Source of the DNA: Alphaproteobacteria bacterium
Lineage (GTDB): Bacteria; Pseudomonadota; Alphaproteobacteria; JAQWUY01
DNA: 64,000 bases
Assembly: GCA_029250225.1 (NCBI GenBank)
Contig: JAQWUY010000010.1
Location: 5,209 to 69,208, forward strand
Direction of reading: 5' to 3'
The stretch's first letter is position 1. Each line of letters begins with the position of its first letter. Below the pieces are notes generated by a model. It ran no database searches and had not been told where the DNA came from. It was given only the letters and a program-made list of their open reading frames with translations. Below, piece by piece: positions 21,602 to 29,204 of this stretch. The translations under genes and the position numbers were made by a program.

Positions 21602-21652
21602 AAACACCACAAGTGTATTCAAAATATGGATTCACTTAGTGGTGTTTTTTTT
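21602..21652 (+). terminator. Leader hairpin plus T-tract between the promoter and the first lysis gene (putative attenuator)
   Basis: AAACACCAC-AAGTG...CACTT-A-GTGGTGTTT followed by a T run. Confidence 0.7.
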
Positions 21653-21708
21653 ATTTCAAAAAAATTAACAAGTCAAATAGCCTTAACTAACTAAGGAAGG
21701 AATAATTA

Positions 21709-22032
21709 ATGCAAATATTTAATGGAAATATAACATTTGGCACAGATGTAATAACGTGGATAGTATTTATTGAAATACCGATCTTTATTGCATTTATGAC
21801 ATACATAATAAAACAAAAAGAGACAATGAATAAGAATATAGATTTAGTAAAAATAAATATGGAAAAAAGATATCGTTATTTAAATGAAAAGATAAATAAT
21901 TATAAATTGGAAGTAGCAAAAAAATACGCTTCGGTTTCATATTTAAAAGACGTAGAAAATCGCTTAACCAATCATTTAATTCGTATAGAAGAAAAACTAG
22001 ATAATAAATTAACGAGGTTAGAAAATGAGTAA
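21709..22032 (+). CDS. Membrane-anchored coiled-coil protein, first gene of the phage-like lysis operon
   Basis: SD AAGGAAGG, one TM helix (ITWIVFIEIPIFIAFMTYII), then a coiled-coil segment ending RIEEKLD. Overlaps the endolysin start. Confidence 0.75.
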   Translation: MQIFNGNITFGTDVITWIVFIEIPIFIAFMTYIIKQKETMNKNIDLVKINMEKRYRYLNEKINNYKLEVAKKYASVSYLKDVENRLTNHLIRIEEKLDNKLTRLENE

Positions 22033-22486
22033 TTTGGATTTATTTATGAAACAAGTTTCTGATAACGAAGAACAACAAAATCATATCGATATTATGGCAC
22101 GAACGATATGGGGTGAAGCAAGAGGCGAAGGATTAAAAGGTATGGAAGCTGTTGGTTTTGTCATAATGAATAGATATAAAATATCGAAAATTAAAGGTAA
22201 ATTTTGGTGGGGTAATAACATTAGTGAAATATGTAAAAAGCCTTATCAATTTTCTTGTTGGAATAAAAAAGATGTAAATTACGAAAAATTAATTAATTTA
22301 ACAACTGATGATAAATTATTTACAACAGCAAAAAGAATCGCATCAAAACTAGTTCGTCTTAATAATAATCGTGATATAACAAATTGTGCTGACCATTATC
22401 ATACATTTAATACGAGACCGAATTGGCTTGATGTTGATAAAGTAGTTGCAAATATTGGCAATCATATTTTTTACAAACTATCATAA
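22025..22486 (+). CDS. Cell wall hydrolase, SleB/Hydrolase_2 family (putative endolysin)
   Basis: MARTIWGEARGE, AVGFVIMNR, YQFSCWN, ADHYH, IGNHIFY. No signal peptide. Confidence 0.92.
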   Translation: MSNLDLFMKQVSDNEEQQNHIDIMARTIWGEARGEGLKGMEAVGFVIMNRYKISKIKGKFWWGNNISEICKKPYQFSCWNKKDVNYEKLINLTTDDKLFTTAKRIASKLVRLNNNRDITNCADHYHTFNTRPNWLDVDKVVANIGNHIFYKLS

Positions 22487-22503
22487 ACTAGGGAAAACAA
22501 ACA

Positions 22504-22950
22504 ATGCTTACAAATATATTGTTAAAAACAGGTTTCCCTATATTAATTGATATAGTTAAAAACACTCTATTAAAAAGTAATGATGAAATAGCACAATCTG
22601 CGGGTAAACAATTAGATAAAATAACTAAATTACCAACAAATAAAGAATTATTACAATCAATAACAGAAATTGAAAAACGAGATAGTGAAAAAATAGGGCA
22701 AATAAATACATCACTTCGAACTGAGGTATTATCGCAAGATAAATATGTAAGGCGAATGAGACCTACATTTGGCTATATAATGGCTATTTCTTGGTTTATA
22801 CAAATGACAATAATAGCAATATCTGTAATTACTAACCCGCAAATATCAGGGGAAATAATTAGTTCTTTTGCAGAACTTAGTGTTATGTGGTCGGTTGGAT
22901 TATCTGTGCTAGGTGTTTATGTTTATAAACGAAGTGGCGAAAAAAAATAA
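22504..22950 (+). CDS. Holin resembling the GTA-type 3TM holin family
   Basis: INTSLRTEVLSQDKYVRRMRPTFGY followed by two C-terminal hydrophobic helices and the basic tail LGVYVYKRSGEKK. Adjacent to the endolysin. Confidence 0.82.
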   Translation: MLTNILLKTGFPILIDIVKNTLLKSNDEIAQSAGKQLDKITKLPTNKELLQSITEIEKRDSEKIGQINTSLRTEVLSQDKYVRRMRPTFGYIMAISWFIQMTIIAISVITNPQISGEIISSFAELSVMWSVGLSVLGVYVYKRSGEKK

Positions 22951-22987
22951 TACTATTAAATAAAAAAATGTGGTATAGAATTAAGCT

Positions 22988-24043
22988 ATGAATATAAATA
23001 ACATTGCACTAAATTTTTTAAAATTAATAACCCCTGAAACTGCTCATAACATTACAATTAAAATGTTAAAAAACGGTATATATTTTAAACCTTTTTACAA
23101 AGACGACAAAATATTAAAAACCGAGCTTTGGGGCAAGAAATTTCCAAATCCAGTTGGTTTATCAGCAGGATTTGATAAAAATGGTGAATGTTATAATGCT
23201 ATGCTAGATTTAGGAATGGGGTTTTGTGAAATTGGTTCCGTAACCCCATTGCCACAACAAGGCAACCCTAAACCACGATTATTTAGATTGCCAAAAGACG
23301 GCGCAGTAATAAATAGGTTTGGATTTAACAATCTAGGCATTGATTATGTATATGAACAATTAAAAAAACCGCGTCGTGGAATTGTAGGAATAAACCTAGG
23401 TAAAAACAAGACCACTGCTGACCCAATAATTGATTTCGTCAAAGGTTGTAAAAAATTATCACCCTTAGCAGATTACTTAGTTATAAATGTTTCATCACCC
23501 AATACACCTGGGTTAAGAACATTACAAGGACAAAAAGAATTAACTGATATATTATCAAATGTTCAAAAAACAAGGGATAAAGAGTGTGGTAAAAATCCAC
23601 CACCACTATTAGTAAAAATTGCTCCTGATTTAAATGAACAAGATTTAAATGATATTGCACAAGTTGCGAAAAAATTAAAAATTGATGGTATTATTATCTC
23701 TAATACCACACTAGATAGACCAAATAATTTACATCATAAAGATACTCTTAATGAAGCCGGTGGTTTATCGGGGAAACCTCTATTTAAAAAATCTACTGAA
23801 ATGCTTGCAAAAATGTATAAACTCACTGACGGGAAAATTCCTTTAATAGGTGTTGGTGGAATATCATCAGGAGAAGAAGCATACGAAAAAATATGTAATG
23901 GTGCTTCACTAGTCCAACTCTATTCAGCACTTGTTTATGGTGGTGCTGGATTAATAACAGATATCAAAAAAGATTTAGTAAAAATATTAAAGCAAAATGG
24001 ATTTGAAAATATTAGTCAAGCTGTTGGAAGTAAAGTAAAATGA
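22988..24043 (+). CDS. pyrD: Quinone-dependent dihydroorotate dehydrogenase
   Basis: PETAH, NPVGLSAGFDKNG, GNPKPRLFRL, NVSSPNTPGLR, GGLSGKPL. Confidence 0.97.
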   Translation: MNINNIALNFLKLITPETAHNITIKMLKNGIYFKPFYKDDKILKTELWGKKFPNPVGLSAGFDKNGECYNAMLDLGMGFCEIGSVTPLPQQGNPKPRLFRLPKDGAVINRFGFNNLGIDYVYEQLKKPRRGIVGINLGKNKTTADPIIDFVKGCKKLSPLADYLVINVSSPNTPGLRTLQGQKELTDILSNVQKTRDKECGKNPPPLLVKIAPDLNEQDLNDIAQVAKKLKIDGIIISNTTLDRPNNLHHKDTLNEAGGLSGKPLFKKSTEMLAKMYKLTDGKIPLIGVGGISSGEEAYEKICNGASLVQLYSALVYGGAGLITDIKKDLVKILKQNGFENISQAVGSKVK

Positions 24044-24852
24044 TAATAAATAATATATCTGAAATAATCCAAAAATATGATACTTTCATACTCGATCAAT
24101 GGGGTGTGTTACACAATGGTGGAAATGCATTTGAGCACGCTGTTGAAACACTAAATTTATTAAAAGAAAATAACAAAAAAGTTGTTATATTATCTAATTC
24201 AGGCAAACAAAAACACAACAGTTATATTAGGTTGTCTGAATCTGGAATAAATCGTGATTTATACCTTGATGTAATGACATCAGGCGAACATATGTTACAT
24301 AATTTTAAAAATGGTATGTTTGACAAATTAGGAAAAAACCCAACTTTTTATGATTGGGATAATGATTTTACGATTATGGAAATTTTAGGTTTTAAAAACA
24401 CTGACATTAATACATCTGATTTCATATTATGTTGTGGCGTAGAAAGAGGAGATGCAGAAAAATATATTGAAGATTTAAAAATTGCAAAAGCAAGAAATCT
24501 TGAATTAATCGTTTCTAATCCAGACATAGTAGCAATGAATAAACAAGGCAAATTAAAAGATTGCCCTGGTGCCATTGCGAAATTGTATAAAGAAATGGGT
24601 GGAAAAGTTCATTGGTTTGGAAAACCACAACCAGAAATTTACGAATTATGTTATAAAATGGCTAATGGTTGGAATAATGCTGTTGCTGTTGGTGATAGCC
24701 TTGAACACGATATAAAAGGCGCAATAAAAGCAAATATAGATTCCGTATTTATTACAAGTGGAATACACAAGGAACAAATATCAAAAACAAATCTTGATAA
24801 TGCAATCAAAAAATACGGTCAAAAACCAACATACTCACTAGAATGGTTTTAA
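24040..24852 (+). CDS. HAD-superfamily class IIA hydrolase
   Basis: LDQWGVLHNG, LSNS, NPD, GKP, VGDSLEHDIKGA. Confidence 0.9.
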   Translation: MIINNISEIIQKYDTFILDQWGVLHNGGNAFEHAVETLNLLKENNKKVVILSNSGKQKHNSYIRLSESGINRDLYLDVMTSGEHMLHNFKNGMFDKLGKNPTFYDWDNDFTIMEILGFKNTDINTSDFILCCGVERGDAEKYIEDLKIAKARNLELIVSNPDIVAMNKQGKLKDCPGAIAKLYKEMGGKVHWFGKPQPEIYELCYKMANGWNNAVAVGDSLEHDIKGAIKANIDSVFITSGIHKEQISKTNLDNAIKKYGQKPTYSLEWF

Positions 24853-24871
24853 AATTTTAATTTAATATATT

Positions 24872-25582
24872 TTATGGTTTTTTAGCTAATCTATTACTAG
24901 CTGTTTCAATATCTTGTTGTAGTTTTTTCATAAATTGCTCTTTGCTTAAACCTGGTTTTATCTCAGGCAAAAACTCCATTGTGACACGACCTTTTTTGCC
25001 ATTCCACAATCCTCTATTCCAATATAAACCTGTATTTAATGCAACTGGTACAACAGGTATATTTAATTCACTATATAATATGTAAACACCCTGTTTATAT
25101 GCAGGTTCTGAACCTAATGGGCGACGAGTCCCTTCTGGGAAAATAGATAGAACACAATCTCTTTCATATATTTTTTTTGACTCTTGAATCATTTTTATAA
25201 CTGAATCACGCCCCTTCGAACGATCAATTGGAACCATTCCTGAACGCCAAAAATATAATCCAAGAATTGGTATATACATCAATGTTTTTTTCATTATCCA
25301 AACACTATTTTGTATAACAGCAGCAAACCAAAATGCTTCATAAGTTGATTGATGTTTTAATACATATATAACTGGATGTTTTGCAATATTTTCAGTACCA
25401 ATAATACGGCGTTTAAATCCGAATATAAAATCATTAACATTCACAAATATAATACAATAAATACTGCATATTTTACGCACATATTTCTTCGGCAAGAATA
25501 AAACCCAAAACATAAAAATTAAAAACGCAAAAATAGTTAATGCGAACATAAAGTAATATAAGGATATTTTAAATATTTTCAT
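24872..25582 (-). CDS. plsC: 1-acyl-sn-glycerol-3-phosphate acyltransferase
   Basis: KHQSTYE, PIDR, IFPEGTR, VPVALNTG. Confidence 0.9.
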   Translation of the reverse strand: MKIFKISLYYFMFALTIFAFLIFMFWVLFLPKKYVRKICSIYCIIFVNVNDFIFGFKRRIIGTENIAKHPVIYVLKHQSTYEAFWFAAVIQNSVWIMKKTLMYIPILGLYFWRSGMVPIDRSKGRDSVIKMIQESKKIYERDCVLSIFPEGTRRPLGSEPAYKQGVYILYSELNIPVVPVALNTGLYWNRGLWNGKKGRVTMEFLPEIKPGLSKEQFMKKLQQDIETASNRLAKKP

Positions 25583-25603
25583 AAAGTTATTTTTACCACA
25601 ATA

Positions 25604-27091
25604 TTACAAAACTGTAAAATCATTTTGTGCTTTTGTTGGTTCGACTCCCCTATTCCACTTTGCTAATGTTTTACCGTTATAAGAACGGTTAAATCGCGTA
25701 GGTTCAAAATTTAAGCAATGAGAAACAGCATCTATCATATCATCTTTATTATTTTTTTCTGTTGGTTTAAAATCGCTTAGTTGTTCTAAAAACCCAGTTT
25801 TTATAATTTTTTTATTTATATACAAATGTTGAGCATCTAAAACACTATCAAATGCTGACATTATTCGATTATTTTTTATTTGTTTAGATGTAAAGGGAAG
25901 CACTGAAAGTTTTATATTTTTATTATCAAGTATTGATTTTAATAATTCTGGTAAAAATTTTCCCACTCCATTACTTTCTAAATTTATGCTAGGTAAATAA
26001 TTCCTTGTCGCAAAATCAATTACACTCAAACATTGCGAACGAGCAGGATCAATATTAGAGTATTTATTAACATCTATTTTTTCTAAATCTTGTAAATAAT
26101 ATTTACCATCATCACCTGTAAATACACACGCAATAACACTATCATCCCCACCAATGCTTCCATAAGATGGATCCCAAGAAGCAGAAACTGAATTCATTTT
26201 TACTCCATTAATGGATAATACAAATTTATTATTTTGATAAGATATCTCAATATTTCCATCGTATATTTTCACTTGTGATGAATTTAATCTAGACTCACTC
26301 GGATTCACACATTGTAATTGCATTTGTGAATTAAACTTTTCTTCTCCATGTCTAATTTTTAATAATTTTATTTCTTTTTCCGAAAATCGTTCTGCCCAAG
26401 ACGATTTACCTTTTTCATTTATTATAGGTATTTCAAGGCGATTAAAACCATATAAAAACGGTGATATGTCACCTATTTTATCTTTGCGATATATAGAATA
26501 ATAATTATGAGGTGTGCCAACATATAACTGCATTCCATTAGGAACTAGAATATAGTCAACTTCTCCTAATCTCTGCCTTAAACTTTCTCTCTTTGAAGCA
26601 GTTGCAGAAGTATTTGGAACTTCTACATCATCACATATTATTATATCTGCTCTACTTCCCGTAATATTTCCAAGTATTCCTTCGGCTGTCATTGAAGGGT
26701 CTCGTAATTCCATATCACGATTTACAGTAAAACAATTGCCCGCCCATTGTTCTGCTTTTTTAGGCTTTAAGTTTTTAGTTAATTCGTGTCTTTCAATAAT
26801 TCTTTTTACAGTTCGCACCATTTTTCTTGCTAAGTCGCTTTCCGCAGATATAACCATAATTCTAATACTGGGATTTAAATATAATACCCAAGCGCAAAAC
26901 AATCCAACCATAGTCGATTTACCTGCTCCACGAAATGCCATAAGTAGTGCTTTTTCATTCCCATCTATCCAACTTTTATGTAAAAAAGAAATAATTTTTT
27001 TATGAATATTTGGGGTAATAAAGTTTTGATTTTTATTCCACATTTCAACAAATTGTAAAAAATTTTTTTGATCTGGTAAAAAATTCCGCAT
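25604..27091 (-). CDS. terL: Phage terminase large subunit (T7 gp19-like)
   Basis: Walker A AFRGAGKST, GSRADIIICDDVE (Walker B), VGTPH, nuclease SWDPS, LESNG, DDMIDA. Uninterrupted 495-aa ORF. Confidence 0.93.
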   Translation of the reverse strand: MRNFLPDQKNFLQFVEMWNKNQNFITPNIHKKIISFLHKSWIDGNEKALLMAFRGAGKSTMVGLFCAWVLYLNPSIRIMVISAESDLARKMVRTVKRIIERHELTKNLKPKKAEQWAGNCFTVNRDMELRDPSMTAEGILGNITGSRADIIICDDVEVPNTSATASKRESLRQRLGEVDYILVPNGMQLYVGTPHNYYSIYRKDKIGDISPFLYGFNRLEIPIINEKGKSSWAERFSEKEIKLLKIRHGEEKFNSQMQLQCVNPSESRLNSSQVKIYDGNIEISYQNNKFVLSINGVKMNSVSASWDPSYGSIGGDDSVIACVFTGDDGKYYLQDLEKIDVNKYSNIDPARSQCLSVIDFATRNYLPSINLESNGVGKFLPELLKSILDNKNIKLSVLPFTSKQIKNNRIMSAFDSVLDAQHLYINKKIIKTGFLEQLSDFKPTEKNNKDDMIDAVSHCLNFEPTRFNRSYNGKTLAKWNRGVEPTKAQNDFTVL

Positions 27092-27122
27092 TTATGCCCT
27101 TTCTTATTATTTATGAGTTTCA

Positions 27123-27155
27123 ATATTTGTAGGCGAAAAAATCACCTACAAATAT
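27123..27155 (-). promoter_or_regulatory. 14-bp stem hairpin in the intergenic space upstream of terL
   Basis: Minus strand ATATTTGTAGGTGA-TTTTT-TCGCCTACAAATAT with one G-U pair and no clear U-tract. Confidence 0.6.
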
Positions 27156-27167
27156 ATTCTCTAACAA

Positions 27168-27461
27168 TTATGATTTAGGATATTTATTTTTTATTTCTAT
27201 TATTTTATCTTTCCATTTAGTCGTACCGTTAACTAAATCATGATAAATCAAATCTAGTTGTTCTGATATTTCAGGATATTCAGCTTGTCTTTCTTCTATG
27301 TAATTTATTTCTGTTATAGGTTTGACAATTTTACCGTTTTTTATTGTATCTCCTATATTGGCATCAGCTAAATAACCAACTGCCGAAATACCTCCTTGGA
27401 CTTCACCAACCACAATATTTTCAACTATATTATTTTTAATAATTAAATATTTATCACTCAT
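27168..27461 (-). CDS. Phage tail-fibre-associated small protein (assembly chaperone-like)
   Basis: C-terminal YIEERQAEYPEISEQLDLIYHD...WKDKIIEIKNKYPK is a pattern typical of small genes following phage tail fibres. Start overlaps the fibre stop codon. Confidence 0.7.
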   Translation of the reverse strand: MSDKYLIIKNNIVENIVVGEVQGGISAVGYLADANIGDTIKNGKIVKPITEINYIEERQAEYPEISEQLDLIYHDLVNGTTKWKDKIIEIKNKYPKS

Positions 27462-28822
27462 TATACATAATCAACTTCTATATATCCATTTGAACCCGTA
27501 TTGCCGTTGAAACCATATCCCAGATGACCATTATCATCTTTTCCTGCTAAACCACCAGCACCTACTATATAATCAAATACATCACCCGATGATAATACTT
27601 TTATAGCTTTAACTAAACCACCGTTTCTACCGTCTTGAGCGTATTTAAAATCATGTGATCCACCACCAGCACCATTACCGCCACCGCCGGCTATAACCAT
27701 TCCTCCAGAACCAGAAGCTCCTGTTTGACCAGCTGTATCATTTTCATATGCTCCTTTACCACCTCGACCACCATAAGCAGTAATGTGTAAAGAATAGATT
27801 GATGTATTGCCACCTCGACCACCGTGATTTCTTCTTTGTCTTTTCCAGCCGTGACCACCACCGCCGCCGCCGCCGGCAAGTTTAAATAAAACTTTTCCAG
27901 CAGGTAATTCTATATGATTTTTATTACTAGGCATCGTTCCGGTTGTTGATGATGATTGATCTGCTAACGACCAAACATTCGAAGGATTAATATTGTTAGG
28001 TAGTGAACCATCTGTATTTCGCACAAAAAACTTACCACTTTTTTGAGTAAATATTGATGTAGGTAAAGCTCCGCTTATACCCGAAATATCTGCTTTATTT
28101 TTAAAATCTTCATTAGAGACATTTGATAAATTTTTTCCTGCATAAATTTCATTCATTTCATCAACTAAGCCAGAAACCAACAATTTACTTTTAAAATCTT
28201 CATTAGAGACATTTGATAAATTTTTTCCTGCATAAATTTCATTCATTTCATTGTATTTAGTTTCTAATATTCTACGATTTCGCGTTGTAATATCAGCATT
28301 ATTTTTAGCATCGATAGAAAATCTCTCGGCCTGTAAAGTAGATTGAGATAAATCTTTATAAATTTTTGTTCTACCTAAACTATCAAAACCAAGTATACTA
28401 TTTGATCGTTTTTTTGCAGTTGGTAAAATCATATTCATATCATCATCTGATAAAGGTGTACGAATACTATCCTTAGAATATCTACCTACTTGTTGTAATA
28501 ACATTATAATTCTATCAAATTCTTCATTAATTACACTGGCACGAAAATCCTCGTTTTCTCTGAATATAGTTTGACGATTATAAGTCATATGACGATAAAT
28601 CGTAATACGAGTTCCAACACTAAGTGGTTGTGATAAATCAATATGTCCGCCAATTGTTTCTTTTAATATTGTGACTGTATAATTATTAAGCTCAATACCA
28701 TCTGATGTAATAACTTTAATATCTTGTTTATTTAAAACAGGAAAATTAAACTCAAACCTTGTTTTTTGCTCATCACCATCATTAATAGTATAATTTACTC
28801 TTGGGTTTAATCTTGATGTCAT
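27461..28822 (-). CDS. Podovirus-type tail fibre protein
   Basis: N-terminal anchor (DGDEQKTRFEFNFPV...DIKV...ITIYR...INEEFDRIIMLLQQ) resembles the T7 gp17-type attachment domain. It has central NLSNV repeats and a Gly-rich C-terminal domain. Confidence 0.85.
   Translation of the reverse strand: MTSRLNPRVNYTINDGDEQKTRFEFNFPVLNKQDIKVITSDGIELNNYTVTILKETIGGHIDLSQPLSVGTRITIYRHMTYNRQTIFRENEDFRASVINEEFDRIIMLLQQVGRYSKDSIRTPLSDDDMNMILPTAKKRSNSILGFDSLGRTKIYKDLSQSTLQAERFSIDAKNNADITTRNRRILETKYNEMNEIYAGKNLSNVSNEDFKSKLLVSGLVDEMNEIYAGKNLSNVSNEDFKNKADISGISGALPTSIFTQKSGKFFVRNTDGSLPNNINPSNVWSLADQSSSTTGTMPSNKNHIELPAGKVLFKLAGGGGGGGHGWKRQRRNHGGRGGNTSIYSLHITAYGGRGGKGAYENDTAGQTGASGSGGMVIAGGGGNGAGGGSHDFKYAQDGRNGGLVKAIKVLSSGDVFDYIVGAGGLAGKDDNGHLGYGFNGNTGSNGYIEVDYV
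28099..28251. repeat. Exact 63-bp direct repeat with 90-bp period inside the tail fibre gene
   Basis: 28099-28161 is identical to 28189-28251 and encodes EMNEIYAGKNLSNVSNEDFK twice in frame. Confidence 0.95.
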
Positions 28823-29154
28823 TATTTACCATCACTCATTTTTTTTACAGTTTTAGCGAATAAATTAATTCTATTTAATATATTACCGCCACTACCTGCT
28901 CGATTGTAAAAAGGTTGTTTTATAAATTTATTTATTTTACCTAATTGCCTATTATAGGTTCTGCCTGTGTAACCATCGGCATATTGCCTAGCACGGCGAA
29001 AGGCAAGATTTCGCCTAACTTCTTGTTTTTGTTCTCTATATTTTTTTTCATTTAATATATTTTGTTTTTTTATTTCTCTATCATTTCGATCTTCTTGCCT
29101 ATCCATTTCATCATATTGAAGTGCAAGTGTTATCATTGGTAATGCTTCTGCCAT
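28822..29154 (-). CDS. Hypothetical virion-operon protein (possible internal/ejection protein)
   Basis: 110 aa with SD AAAGGA, translationally coupled to the fibre gene. It follows the nozzle gene, the position of podovirus internal virion proteins. Confidence 0.6.
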   Translation of the reverse strand: MAEALPMITLALQYDEMDRQEDRNDREIKKQNILNEKKYREQKQEVRRNLAFRRARQYADGYTGRTYNRQLGKINKFIKQPFYNRAGSGGNILNRINLFAKTVKKMSDGK

Positions 29155-29204
29155 TTTTTAATTCCTTTCTATTAAATTATTTAAAAAATCTATATATTAT
29201 TTCT

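Noticed and set aside
27691-27879. Alternative-frame ORF MPAAAAVVV inside the tail fibre gene
   Set aside because: By-product of the Gly codon run, with no SD or independent evidence.
28099-28251. CRISPR array or DGR template/variable repeat pair
   Set aside because: Only two copies, in frame within a CDS and identical (no adenine-specific differences). No cas or reverse transcriptase gene is present in the window.
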